Below are positions 41,875-52,494 of a stretch of 64,000 bases of DNA, one piece after another; within the stretch, counting starts at the first letter, position 1, and the number at the start of each line of letters is the position of its first letter. This DNA comes from a candidate division FCPU426 bacterium. GTDB taxonomy: Bacteria > Oederibacteriota > Muellerivitia > Muellerivitales > Muellerivitaceae. The stretch lies in NCBI GenBank assembly GCA_963771075.1, contig CAVYSE010000003.1, positions 160,001 through 224,000 on the forward strand, given 5' to 3'. Made by a program: the position numbers and the translations under genes. Under the pieces are notes generated by a model. It did no database searches, was not told the origin of the DNA, and saw only the letters and a program-made list of their open reading frames with translations.

Positions 41875-44369
41875 ATGAAATACCTTTGGCCATTGGCCTT
41901 TTTAGCCTTGATTTTCCCAGTCTTGGGAATTGCCTCCGATTTGACTCCCGCGGAAACGGATGCGCGGGCCGAAACGATCTTGAAGAAAATGACCCTCGAG
42001 GAAAAGATCGACTACATCGGGGGCTACAACGGTTTCTACGTCCGGGCAATGCCCAAACTGGGTTTGCCAGCCCTCAAGATGTCCGACGGGCCCATCGGGG
42101 TCCGTAATTACGGGCCCTCGACCGCCTATGCCGCCGGAATCGCCCTGGCGGCTTCCTGGAACACGGACTTGGCCCATCGGGTGGGCGGGATGATCGGCCA
42201 TGAAGCCCGGGCCCGGGGCGTTCATTTCATGCTGGGCCCCGGCCTGAACATCTACCGGGCTCCCCTGTGCTCGCGTAATTTCGAATATTTCGGGGAGGAC
42301 CCCTTCCTCGCCTCGCGCATGGCCGTGAATTACGTGGAAGGCATGCAAGAACAGGGCGTCAGCGCCACCGTCAAACATTTCATGGGCAACAACTCCGAAT
42401 ATGACCGCCACAACACCAGCTCCGACATGGACGACCGCACCATGCGTGAGATCTACCTGCCCGCCTTCGAGGCCGCGGTCAAGGAAGCCCACGTGGGGGC
42501 CATCATGAACTCCTACAACCTCATCAACGGCGTCCACGCCACCCAGAACGATTTCCTGAACAACCAGTTGGCCAAGAAAGAATGGGGTTTTGACGGAATC
42601 ATCATGTCGGATTGGAGCGCCACCTATGACGGCGTCGCCGCGGCCAACGCCGGGCTGGACCTGGAAATGCCCTCCGCCAAGTTCATGAACAAGGAAACCC
42701 TGCTACCGGCCATTAAGGACGGTAAGGTCTCGGAAGCCACCCTCGACGACAAGGTGCGCCGGATCCTCCGGACCGCCATTCGATTCGGCTGGCTGGACCG
42801 GGACCAAACCGACCCGGGTTTTCCCCTGTTTAACGAAAAGGGCCGTGACCTGGCCTTGGAATCCGCGGAAGAAAGCATGGTGCTCCTGAAAAACGAGAAC
42901 AGCCTCCTTCCCCTTGCGGCCGATAAGGTCAAAACCCTCGCGGTCATCGGCCCGGACGCCTATCCGGCCATTCCGGTCGGGGGGGGAGCGCCAAGGTGGT
43001 TCCCTTTCAGGCCACCAGCTTTCTGGAAGGACTGAGCCATTGGCTTTCCGGGAAGGGCGTGGTCACCTACAACCGGGGCCTGACCCCCATGGGCGAGATC
43101 TACGACGCGACCCAATTTACGGCCGACGCGAAGGGCAGCCAGCCCGGCCTTAAAGGCGAGTATTTCCCTAACGCCGATTGGGCCGGTGAACCCGCCCTGA
43201 TCCGCCAGGACAATCATGTCAATTTTTCCTGGGATAATTCCAACCGCTGGCCCACCGGCGGTACCTATCCCAATTATTCCGCCCGCTGGACCGGTTACTT
43301 CACCCCCGCCGCCAGCGGCCAATACCGCGTGGCGGTTTCCTCCTTCGGGAACAACCTCTTCCGCCTTTACCTGGACGGAAAGCTCGTGGTGGACCGCGAA
43401 AAGCAAAACCTCCCCTTCGCCCGAAAGGAGGTCACCCTGCGGGGCGGAAAGGCCTGCGCGGTCAAATTGGAATATTCCCAGCGCGATTACAAAGCCATGA
43501 TGAACCTGGGTATCTGCCAGGCCGGCAAGTTGATCGACCCGGCGGTCCGGTCCATCGCCTCATCCGCGGACGCGGTGGTCGTTTGCGTGGGGTTTGACAC
43601 CGGCAGCGAGGCGGAGAGTTTCGACCGGACCTTCCAATTGCCGGAGGGACAAAACGAGCTGATCAACGCCGTCCGGGCGGCGAACCCGAACACGGTCGTG
43701 GTCATCACTTCGGGCGGGGGCGTGGACATGGCGAAATGGATCGACCGGATCCCGGCGGTCCTGGAAGCCTGGTACCCGGGCGAGGAGGGAGGCACGGCCT
43801 TGGCGAAAATATTGTTCGGGGAGGTCAACCCCTCCGGCAAATTGCCCGCCACCTTCGAACGCCGTTGGGAAGACAGCGCGGTTCATGACAGTTATTACGC
43901 GGACGCCGATAAACACGCGCGCTATTCGGAAGGGGTATTCCTCGGCTACCGCCACTTCGATAAAACCGGGTTGAAACCCCTCTTCCCATTTGGTTTTGGC
44001 TTGTCCTACACCCGGTTCAAATATTCGAATCTTTCTTGCACGCCTTCCGAAACAAAGGCGGATGGGCCGGTCACGGTTTCTTTTGATTTAACCAACATCG
44101 GCGACCGGGAGGGCGAAGAAACAGCCGAGGTCTATGTGGGCGACCGCCATTCCCCCCTGCCCCGGCCGGTCAAGGAGTTGAAGGGCTTTGCCAAGGTGGA
44201 CCTGAAGCCGGGCGAGACCAAACGCCTTTCGGTGATCCTCAACCAGCGTTCCTTCGCTTACTACGACGAAAAATCGAAAGGGTGGACGGTCACGCCGGGT
44301 GAATTTAATATCGGGGTCGGATCATCCTCCCAAAACATCGAGCTCAAGGGTAAAGTGTCGCTTAACTAA
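41875..44369 (+). CDS. GH3 beta-glucosidase with PA14 and Fn3 domains; single frameshift in a G8 run at 42979-42986
   Basis: RNFEYFGEDP, KHF, MSDW, AWYPGEEGG, PFGFGLSYT, ELKGF; one extra G restores GGGSAKV. Confidence 0.9.
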
Positions 44370-44373
44370 GCAT

Positions 44374-44424
44374 GTTGTAACCGCTGAAAAAGTCGGCTTT
44401 GCCGCCTTTTTCAGCGGTTACAAC
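44374..44424. terminator. Long hairpin between convergent genes (likely bidirectional terminator)
   Basis: 19-bp perfect stem GTTGTAACCGCTGAAAAAG / CTTTTTCAGCGGTTACAAC. Confidence 0.65.
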
Positions 44425-44432
44425 TGCGGTTT

Positions 44433-46073
44433 TCAGGGTAAGGCCTTTCGTTTCTCGACGAGGGTATAGTGGTTGAACCTTTTATCCTCTTTCGGGAAAT
44501 CTTCCCGGTAATGGCAGGCCCGGCTTTCTTTCCGCAAGAGGGCGCTGTCAATGATGATATTGGCCACTGCGGCCAGGTTGCGCGCTTCCAGGAAATCCTT
44601 CGTGACCTTGTAGTTCCAATAGTCGTTCCGGATGTTCCTCTTCAAGGCTCCCAGCACATCCTTCGCCGCCGCCAGGCGCCCCTCGGTGCGGGCGATACCG
44701 CATAGCAGGGTCATGGTCTTGCGGATGATCTCCCAGTAATAGTCCACGGTCGCGGGATCCTTGTATTCCTTGGCCCGGCCTTCGTCCCAGGGCGGAACCT
44801 GGAAGCGTTTCCGTTTCATTTTTTTCCGGGCGAAGTGTTGGGCGGCCTTGCGGCCAAACAGCAGGCACTCGGGAGCGGAATTGCTTGCCAAACGGGTGGC
44901 TCCGTGCAGTCCGGTGTAAGCGGTCTCCCCCATCACGTAGAGATTTTCCAGCCGGGTCTGGCCGTTCAGGTCGGTTTGGACCCCCCCGTTGGAATAATGC
45001 ACCGCGTAGACCACCGGCACGGGCTCCCGGCAAAGGTCGATTCCCTTTTTCAGGCAGAATTCATAGGCGTTCTTGAAATCGGACTTCAGCCGCTTGGCCG
45101 GGATCATGGTGCAGTCCAGCCAAAGGTGCTTTAGGCCCAGTCGGCGCATTTCCATGTCTTCCGCCCTTGTCACCACGTCGCGCGTGGCCCCCGAACCCAG
45201 CTTGTGGTAACGGCGGACAAAATCCTCACGGTCGTTCTTTTGCAGTTTGAGGTAGGCCCCCTCGCCCCGCAGGGCCTCGGTGAAAAGGTACCGGCGCTCG
45301 GAGGTATTGGCTTTTTCATCATAGAAAACCGTCGGATGGAACTGGATGAACTCCATATTGACCAAGGGCAATCCCGCCCGATAGGCCATCGCGAACCCGT
45401 CCCCGCTGGCCGAGTCGGGATTGGACGTGTAGAGAAAAACCTTGCCCACCCCGCCCGTGGCGAGGAATACCGCCCCGGCGGAGACCGCCTGGACCTTGTC
45501 CTTATCGGTGTCGTAGATATAGGCTCCGATGCACTCATCCCTGCCCTTCATCTTCAGGTATTTGTTCCTCGTGACGATGTCCACCGCGATGTGGCGCTCA
45601 TGGATGCGGATATTGGGATGATTCCCGACCTTTTGGGCAAGCACCCGCATGACATGGGCGCCCGTACCGTCCTCCACGTGGAAAACACGATTGGAGGAGT
45701 GCCCGCCCTCGCGGTGCAGGTGGAATTTTCCCCTGCGGTTGAGGTCAAAACGGACCCCCTGGCGGCCCAGCCAGAGGATGACATCCGGGTAAAAATGCTC
45801 CACGCAATACCGGACCACCTTCACGTCGTTCAGGTATTTCCCAGCCTCCAGGGTATCCTGAATGTGTTTCTCATAGGTGTCGCCCCCCAGGGGCAACCCA
45901 TCCTCCTGGGATACCGCCGCCAGACCGCCCGCGGTGAGGTGGCTGGCGCCGTCATAGACCATCTTTCCCTTCAGGAAAAGATCCACCTTCTTGCCGGCCT
46001 CCGCCGCCTCCAAAGCGGCCGCGAGCCCGGCGAAACCCGCCCCAATGATGGCGCAGTCCGTTTGTAAGTTCAT
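44433..46073 (-). CDS. nadB: L-aspartate oxidase
   Basis: GAGFAG, REGGHS..RVFH, MEFIQFHPT, TEALRGEG, GLHGATRLASNS, ESRACHYR. Confidence 0.9.
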   Translation of the reverse strand: MNLQTDCAIIGAGFAGLAAALEAAEAGKKVDLFLKGKMVYDGASHLTAGGLAAVSQEDGLPLGGDTYEKHIQDTLEAGKYLNDVKVVRYCVEHFYPDVILWLGRQGVRFDLNRRGKFHLHREGGHSSNRVFHVEDGTGAHVMRVLAQKVGNHPNIRIHERHIAVDIVTRNKYLKMKGRDECIGAYIYDTDKDKVQAVSAGAVFLATGGVGKVFLYTSNPDSASGDGFAMAYRAGLPLVNMEFIQFHPTVFYDEKANTSERRYLFTEALRGEGAYLKLQKNDREDFVRRYHKLGSGATRDVVTRAEDMEMRRLGLKHLWLDCTMIPAKRLKSDFKNAYEFCLKKGIDLCREPVPVVYAVHYSNGGVQTDLNGQTRLENLYVMGETAYTGLHGATRLASNSAPECLLFGRKAAQHFARKKMKRKRFQVPPWDEGRAKEYKDPATVDYYWEIIRKTMTLLCGIARTEGRLAAAKDVLGALKRNIRNDYWNYKVTKDFLEARNLAAVANIIIDSALLRKESRACHYREDFPKEDKRFNHYTLVEKRKALP

Positions 46074-46324
46074 TCCTACTCCCCGAAAAAAGCGGTAAAG
46101 GCAAATTGAAAGGGTAACGACCCGATCAAATATTGAACCACAAAGATCACAAAGTACAGGAGGTAAAAACAAAAAACCACGTGCCCCCCTGCTCCCCGGT
46201 TGAATTTCGGAGTGACATCAGTGGTGGGGCCAATACGCTTTGGGATAGCCTGCAAGCTGGCGCGAGCGTTATACTTCCATTCGGATATCCACCCGATTGA
46301 TCCAATCCTTCGAAGGAAAACCGC

Positions 46325-47149
46325 ATGTCCGAACCGCAGATCCACCTCGTCGTCGGCACCCCCTGTTACGGCGGCATTTTGACCGGGGATTTCTTCACCT
46401 CCACCCTTCGGCTTCAGGAAGCCTGCATGAAGGCGGGAATCCAGGTGAGTTTCCTGATGCCGTCCGGGGACGCGGTCATTCCCCGGGCCCGCCAAAACAT
46501 CGTTACTTATTTTATGTCCCAACCCACCGCCACCCACCTGCTTTTCATCGACGCGGATATCAGCTTTGACCCCGACCAGGTCTTCCGCCTCCTGCACTTC
46601 AAGGAAGATGTCACCGCCGCCCTCTATCCCCTGAAAAGGTATGACTGGGAAAGGGCGAAAGCCACGGCCCTTCAGGGCGGGGATATGGAAGCCGGTTCCC
46701 TTTCCTATATTTGCGAGTGGGCCAAGCCCGGTGTGGTCCGCGACAATTTCGCCAAGGCCAAATATGTGGGAAACGGCTTTCTCATGATCCGCCGGGCCGC
46801 GCTGGAAAAGATGATGTTTTCCTATCCCCAGCTGCGTTACACCGCCCAAAATGGAAGCGACGACCCCTTCGCCGGCAGCCCCTACCGCTACGCCTTCTTC
46901 AATTGCATCCTGGACGAGGAAACCAAAAGCTACCTCCCCGAGGATTACAGCTTTTGCAAACGGTGGGTCGACATCGGGGGCGATATCTGGGTGGACCAGC
47001 GCAGCCGCCTGACCCATACCGGGCCGATCGCATTCAAAGGGGACATGTCGCGCCGGACGGGCCTCAGCGTTGCCCGGGTCCGGGCCGCGCAAACGCCCCC
47101 GCCTAGCGCCAAACCCAAAACCAAACCACCCAAGTACAAGAGGAGATAG
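46325..47149 (+). CDS. GT-A fold glycosyltransferase-like protein
   Basis: TPCYGG, RARQNIV, LFIDAD (DxD), EDYSFC..W. Confidence 0.7.
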   Translation: MSEPQIHLVVGTPCYGGILTGDFFTSTLRLQEACMKAGIQVSFLMPSGDAVIPRARQNIVTYFMSQPTATHLLFIDADISFDPDQVFRLLHFKEDVTAALYPLKRYDWERAKATALQGGDMEAGSLSYICEWAKPGVVRDNFAKAKYVGNGFLMIRRAALEKMMFSYPQLRYTAQNGSDDPFAGSPYRYAFFNCILDEETKSYLPEDYSFCKRWVDIGGDIWVDQRSRLTHTGPIAFKGDMSRRTGLSVARVRAAQTPPPSAKPKTKPPKYKRR

Positions 47150-47152
47150 CCC

Positions 47153-47917
47153 ATGTCCCCCCAACGCCCCTACCTCATGATCGGCACCCCCTCCTTCGCC
47201 TCACAACTGACGAACGTCTATGCCACCTCCATGCTTTCCTTCCAAAACGCCTGTTTATCCAGGAACGAGATCGATTTCAACGTGACGGTCCAATGGGGGG
47301 ATTCGCTCATAACCCGCGCCCGTCAGGACATCGTCACGCGTTTCTTGGAAACCCCCGAGGCCACCCACCTGCTTTTCGTGGATGGGGATATAGGTTTTGA
47401 AACCGAGCAGGTTTTCCGGCTATTGAAGTTCGATGTGGATATCGCGGCCGGGGTCTATCCCTACAAAAAGGTGGAATTGGGCAAGATTCGCGCCCTGTCC
47501 CTGGCCGGTCATCCCCATTTGGAATCCGGCTCGCTCGTTTACACCTATGAAGTGGAGGACCCCACCCGGGTCGAGATCAAGGATGGTTTCGCCAAGGTAC
47601 GCTACGCGGGTTTGGGATTCATGATGATCAAGCGGTCGGTTTTTATAAGGATGATGGAAAAATATCCCGAATTGAACTACACCAGCGGGTTTATCCATGC
47701 CGATCCCCTGTCCCAGAGCAAATACCGCTACGCCTTTTTCAATTGCATGGTCGACGAGAAGACCGGGACCTATTTAAGCGAGGATTACAGCTTTTCCCGC
47801 CGCTGGACCGACATGGGCGGGGAGATTTGGGCCGATTTGAACAGCCAGCTCCAGCACGTGGGCCCCATCAACTTTCACGGCAACTTCGCCTCCCAATTCC
47901 AAAATCCAAAAAATTAA
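47153..47917 (+). CDS. Paralogous GT-A glycosyltransferase-like protein
   Basis: SLITRAR, LFVDGD, SEDYSF..W. Confidence 0.7.
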   Translation: MSPQRPYLMIGTPSFASQLTNVYATSMLSFQNACLSRNEIDFNVTVQWGDSLITRARQDIVTRFLETPEATHLLFVDGDIGFETEQVFRLLKFDVDIAAGVYPYKKVELGKIRALSLAGHPHLESGSLVYTYEVEDPTRVEIKDGFAKVRYAGLGFMMIKRSVFIRMMEKYPELNYTSGFIHADPLSQSKYRYAFFNCMVDEKTGTYLSEDYSFSRRWTDMGGEIWADLNSQLQHVGPINFHGNFASQFQNPKN

Positions 47918-48017
47918 CTCGAAGTCATTTCTTACTTTGAATGGCTTCGCGGACTTCGTTCCACATGTCCAAATTTAAAATTTTGGAATTACGCACTTGG
48001 CAAAGTTTGCCAGTAAA

Positions 48018-48111
48018 CCCTCGCCCCTTGAGGGAGAGGGCCGGGGTGAGGGGTGCTTTGCGACAGGAATTCCCCCTCATCCCAACCTTCTCCCTCCCGG
48101 GGAGAAAGGGA
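48018..48111. repeat. Inverted pair of CCCTCACCCC..CTCTCCC-type intergenic palindromic repeats
   Basis: GGGAGAGGGCCGGGGTGAGGGG and CCCCTCATCCCAACCTTCTCCC. Confidence 0.6.
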
Positions 48112-48257
48112 ACCCATGAAAAACTGTCTTTTACCCTTAATGCTTTGCCAAGTGCATAGTCCTGTAAAATTTAATAAGGTCATATGGGATTGGATCACCT
48201 TCTTTAAAATCCTTTAATGATGGTGGCACGAGGGTGAAAGAGGTTTTGAAATAGCTT

Positions 48258-49502
48258 CTATTGGCTTTTGTTCAAGCCGGTGATTTTTAATAATACAACC
48301 CCATGGGCGGGCACATCGGCGGCATAGCGGTCGGCAAAAGAACCCGCATCGGCGTGTTTCCAAAGGTCTCGCACCTTGGCGGTCTTTGACTTAATTCCCA
48401 CAACTTTCCAGACCGCGGTCATGTTTTGGTTGTTTTCCGTGCGATTTAACAAGGCAACTGCCCCCGAATTTTCGCCCGATAGTTCCTTTGAATATACGTC
48501 CAAACCATTTCCATCCTTCCAAACCTCAATACATTGTTTACCCAAGGGGTCCTGATCCACCGCGATGACCTCCTTGTTTAAGAGAATATCTTTTGTCTTT
48601 GCGGACATGCTTCGTAAGTCATTGCCCGCTATCAAAGGTGAGGCCATCATGGCCCACATACTGAAATGGGCCCGGTTTTCCGAATCCGATAAACCCTGCG
48701 ACCCCACCAAATCCGATTGGGTATCAAAGACACGCCCCTGTTGAAGATCAGGAACATAGGAACAACCCACCACGAGCATATCCGGGTCATTCCAGTGATT
48801 GGGCCCCGCATATTGGGCGTATTGTTCGTTTAAATCGATGATTTGGAGAATGGCGCCCCAACTATCCGTGATATCTCCCGTGGTCCGCCAAAGCTGACCC
48901 GTACGAGGCATCCAATCCTTGAATTCCCAGGCGCAAATGCTGAATAGGATGGGTCGGCCTGTCGCCGCGAGGGCATCCCTCATTCGCCGATAATCCCCTG
49001 CCTGGGTTGTGGTGAAAACGGGATTGCAGTTGTCATATTTTAGGTAATCCACCCCCCAAGCCGCGAAATCCTTGGCGTCCGTGGTCTCAAAACCGTAGGA
49101 CCCTGGACATTTCCCAACACAAGTTAATTTTCCCCTGTCTTCATATATCCCGAATTTCAAGCCTTTCGAGTGGAGATAGTCGGAGAGAGCCTTAAATCCG
49201 TTTGGAAACCGTCCGGGATCGGGTACCAAATGACCTTTGTCCCGCCATGGTAAAGCCCAGCCATCGTCCAGGTTAACGTATTGGTAACCCGCGTCCCGCA
49301 TGCCGGATTGGACCATGGCATCGGCCGTTTCCCGAAGCAGGGCCTCGTTCGTTTGGTCTTTAAAAGTATTCCAGGAATTCCACCCCATCGGAGGAGTTCT
49401 CGCAAGGTCTCGAGCCGAAATAGTAGGCGGTTGCTGGCATACACAACCCGTTTCTAAAAGAAGGAGCACAGCAATGATAAGAAAACCTAAAAACTTATTT
49501 AT
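48258..49502 (-). CDS. GH27 alpha-galactosidase with signal/lipoprotein N-terminus
   Basis: TPPMGWNSW, LDDGW, YLKYDNC, WRTTGDI, WNDPDML; frame extends to an ATA at 49502 behind GGAGG (otherwise GTG 49469). Confidence 0.92.
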   Translation of the reverse strand: MNKFLGFLIIAVLLLLETGCVCQQPPTISARDLARTPPMGWNSWNTFKDQTNEALLRETADAMVQSGMRDAGYQYVNLDDGWALPWRDKGHLVPDPGRFPNGFKALSDYLHSKGLKFGIYEDRGKLTCVGKCPGSYGFETTDAKDFAAWGVDYLKYDNCNPVFTTTQAGDYRRMRDALAATGRPILFSICAWEFKDWMPRTGQLWRTTGDITDSWGAILQIIDLNEQYAQYAGPNHWNDPDMLVVGCSYVPDLQQGRVFDTQSDLVGSQGLSDSENRAHFSMWAMMASPLIAGNDLRSMSAKTKDILLNKEVIAVDQDPLGKQCIEVWKDGNGLDVYSKELSGENSGAVALLNRTENNQNMTAVWKVVGIKSKTAKVRDLWKHADAGSFADRYAADVPAHGVVLLKITGLNKSQ

Positions 49503-49543
49503 AAAAGCCTCCCCGTCGGAGACAAGGCTTAGGACTTTTAATT

Positions 49544-49762
49544 TTAGACGGTTATTTTTTTCACCGTATCCGTCTTTAAAATCACTTCCCCGGCTTCGTT
49601 TTTGATTGAAAAGTTATAACCAAATTTGGCGCCGTCGGCGCTTTTGCCTCGGATTACATCCCCCACTTTATAACGTCCGGCCGGATTAGCGACACGGGTG
49701 ACCGTGGCCACCACGTGGACCGGGTCAAATTCCAACGTGATCATTGCCGTTTCGATAATCAT
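49544..49762 (-). CDS. Small hypothetical protein (72 aa)
   Basis: AAGGAGG RBS before ATG 49762. Confidence 0.65.
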   Translation of the reverse strand: MIIETAMITLEFDPVHVVATVTRVANPAGRYKVGDVIRGKSADGAKFGYNFSIKNEAGEVILKTDTVKKITV

Positions 49763-49814
49763 AAAAACCTCCTTTTTCAGATACCCAAATTCGAAGCCAA
49801 TCCTTCTATACGTT

Positions 49815-49840
49815 GTCCGCGAACGGTCCCCAACATGGAC
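49815..49840. repeat. Isolated 26-bp site R10: GTCCGCGAACGGTCCCCAACATGGAC
   Basis: Same length, orientation and T..A flanks as R1-R9; two mismatches at conserved positions. Confidence 0.75.
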
Positions 49841-49882
49841 AAGTAACATTGAATGAATTATACATCCCAGATATACCGGTAT

Positions 49883-49917
49883 AAAAAAAGGGCCGCCCCC
49901 CAAGGGGAACGGCCCTT
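49883..49917 (-). terminator. Rho-independent terminator of glnA
   Basis: AAGGGCCG..CGGCCC stem followed by a T run on the minus strand. Confidence 0.8.
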
Positions 49918-49938
49918 CAAATCACTTCTTTTTGCGGA

Positions 49939-52107
49939 TTAGTACTGGAACAGCATCTCCCGGTACTTCGGCAGAGGCCAAGCTTCGTCATCCACGATCG
50001 CTTCCAGGCCGTCCACGATCTTCCGGACCTTCAACATGCCCGGAATCACGTTGTCCTTAAAGGCCGCGGCGATATGGTGCAGGCTCGATCCGCCATTGGC
50101 CTTCCCCAGGGTGGCATCCAACTCTACGATGGCCTCGTAAAGATCGCTGGCTCCCTTGGCCACCTCGTCCAGCAGGGTGGTCTGCCCCTTCTGGGCGGTC
50201 TTGGAAACCGACTGGGTCAACTGGATGGTCTGGGCCAACTTGTTCTGGTAGGAAAGAACCGCGGGAAGAATCTGGTTCTTGGCGATGTCCACCGTGGCCG
50301 CGGCCTCGATGTTAACGATCTTCACGTACCTTTCCCACATGACTTCCTCGCGGGCGTCATATTCCTTCTCGTTCAGGACCTTGTACTTGGAGAACAATTC
50401 CTTGTATTCCTTCTTCGGCATGGCCTTGAGGGCGTCCACCGTGCTCTTCAGGTTCGGCAAGCCCCGCTTGGCGGCTTCCGCGTGCCAAGCCTCGGAATAG
50501 TTATTGCCGTCGTAGATCACCTTCTTGTGTTCCTTGATCTCCTCTTGCAGAACGGCGGCCAGGGTCTTGTTCAAGTCCCCGCCCTTTTCCAGCTTGGCGG
50601 CAATGCGGTCGATGGACTCGGCCACGATCGTGTTCAAGATGGTGTTGGGCCAGTAGATGGCGGCGGTGGACCCGACCGCGCGGAACTCGAACTTGTTGCC
50701 GGTGAAGGCGAAGGGCGAGGTGCGGTTACGGTCCGTGGCATCCTTGGGCAGGTGCGGAAGGACGGATACGCCCAACTGCATTATTCCGCCCTTTTTGCTC
50801 GAGGAGGCCGAACCCTTCTCCAATTGGGCGACCACATCGGACAACTGCTCGCCCAGGAAGATGGAGAGGATGGCCGGGGGAGCCTCATTGGCGCCCAAAC
50901 GGTGGTCGTTGCCGGGCCCGCAGATGCCGATACGCAGAAGCTCGGCGTACTTGTCGACCGCCGAGATGGTGGCGACCAGGAAGGCCAGGAATTGCGCGTT
51001 GTCATGCGGGGTATTGCCGGGGTTCAACAGGTTTTCGCCCTCGTCGGTGGCCATGGACCAGTTATTGTGCTTGCCGCTTCCATTGATGCCGGCGAAAGGC
51101 TTCTCATGGAGCAGGCACACCAGGCCGTGGCGCAAGGCCACGCGGCGCATCAATTCCATCACGATCATGTTGTGGTCCGCCGCGACCGAGGACTTCTCGA
51201 AGAGGGGCGCCATCTCGAACTGGGCGGGCGCTACCTCGTTGTGGCGGGTCTTGGATGGAATTCCCAAACGCCACAATTCGCGGTCCAGATCCATCATGAA
51301 GGCCAAAATGCGCTCGCGGATGGCCCCGAAATAATGGTCTTCCAGTTCCTGCCCGCGGTAGGGCGGCGCGCCGAAGAGGGTGCGGCCACCGGCGATCAGG
51401 TCCGGGCGTTGTTCGTAATATTTGCGGTCGATGAGGAAATATTCCTGCTCCGGGCCCATGGTCGTGAAAACGTGTTTGGCGGTCTTGTTGCCGAACAGGC
51501 GAAGAAGACGAACCGCTTGGGTGGAGAGGCTTTCCATGGAGCGCAAGAGGGGGGTCTTCAAGTCCAGGGCTTCCTCGGTGTAGCTCACGAAGGCCGTGGG
51601 GATGGTCAGCGTGGCGCCGTTCACTTCCTGCTGAATGAACGCGGGGGAAGTCGGGTCCCAGGCGGTATATCCGCGGGCCTCGAAGGTGGCGCGGGTTCCG
51701 CCCGAGGGGAAGGAGGAAGCGTCCGGCTCGCCCTTAATGAGGGTCTTGCCGTCGAACTCCGCGATCGCCCCGCCGTCGGAGTTTGGCTCCAGGAAGGTGT
51801 CGTGCTTTTCGGCGCCGATGCCGGTCAAGGGGATGAACCAGTGCGTGTAATGGGAAGCGCCGTGCGCCAAGGCCCATTCCTTCATGCCTTGGGCGACCTG
51901 GTCGGCAATGGAAGCGTCCAAAGCCTCGCCCTTCAAGGTCGTGGCGCGGAGCTTCTTATAGACGTCCTTCGAAAGGTAGGCTTTCTGGGCGGTGTCGTTG
52001 AAAACGAGGGACCCGAAAATTTCCTGCGCCGGCTTAGACTTATATTCTTCTGTCGGCTGTTGTTCTCCGCCAAGCATGAGGGCTATTTTTTTACGGGCGT
52101 TTCCCAC
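49939..52107 (-). CDS. glnA: Glutamine synthetase type III
   Basis: [63 protein letters not shown]. Confidence 0.97.
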   Translation of the reverse strand: MGNARKKIALMLGGEQQPTEEYKSKPAQEIFGSLVFNDTAQKAYLSKDVYKKLRATTLKGEALDASIADQVAQGMKEWALAHGASHYTHWFIPLTGIGAEKHDTFLEPNSDGGAIAEFDGKTLIKGEPDASSFPSGGTRATFEARGYTAWDPTSPAFIQQEVNGATLTIPTAFVSYTEEALDLKTPLLRSMESLSTQAVRLLRLFGNKTAKHVFTTMGPEQEYFLIDRKYYEQRPDLIAGGRTLFGAPPYRGQELEDHYFGAIRERILAFMMDLDRELWRLGIPSKTRHNEVAPAQFEMAPLFEKSSVAADHNMIVMELMRRVALRHGLVCLLHEKPFAGINGSGKHNNWSMATDEGENLLNPGNTPHDNAQFLAFLVATISAVDKYAELLRIGICGPGNDHRLGANEAPPAILSIFLGEQLSDVVAQLEKGSASSSKKGGIMQLGVSVLPHLPKDATDRNRTSPFAFTGNKFEFRAVGSTAAIYWPNTILNTIVAESIDRIAAKLEKGGDLNKTLAAVLQEEIKEHKKVIYDGNNYSEAWHAEAAKRGLPNLKSTVDALKAMPKKEYKELFSKYKVLNEKEYDAREEVMWERYVKIVNIEAAATVDIAKNQILPAVLSYQNKLAQTIQLTQSVSKTAQKGQTTLLDEVAKGASDLYEAIVELDATLGKANGGSSLHHIAAAFKDNVIPGMLKVRKIVDGLEAIVDDEAWPLPKYREMLFQY

Positions 52108-52494
52108 GAATTTCTCCTTAATTTTAATTTACGGCAGGCCCATACACTAAAAGCGTGTTAAGCGAAAGTAAATGAAAAGGATAAAAAAAATTGAAATTTA
52201 GGTTCCCCTCCGACAATTCCGTTTCTCGGACCCTACAGAGATGTAAAAACTTACGTTTATGGGCGGATGGGAAAAATGGAGTTGGCAAATAAGAGCCTAA
52301 TCCCCATTCCCAAACGGGGAGGGATAGCCGGATGAAAGGTCCAGCCGCTCAATGACCAAAAGTAGAAATAAAAACGCCCGAGTCCGGGGCCTGGAAAGCC
52401 ACGAAATCAGGCGTGATCTTCATGATGTGGATTGAAGGCCCCAAAAAACTTGTTGTTCTTGGGGCCTTGGTTGTGAAAAATCCCTTTCCCTTAA

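Noticed and set aside
50074..52161. 695-aa plus-strand ORF and similar long antisense ORFs (18686-20035, 37627-38718, 39041-40117, 46076-47164)
   Set aside because: Shadow frames opposite well-supported GC-rich genes.
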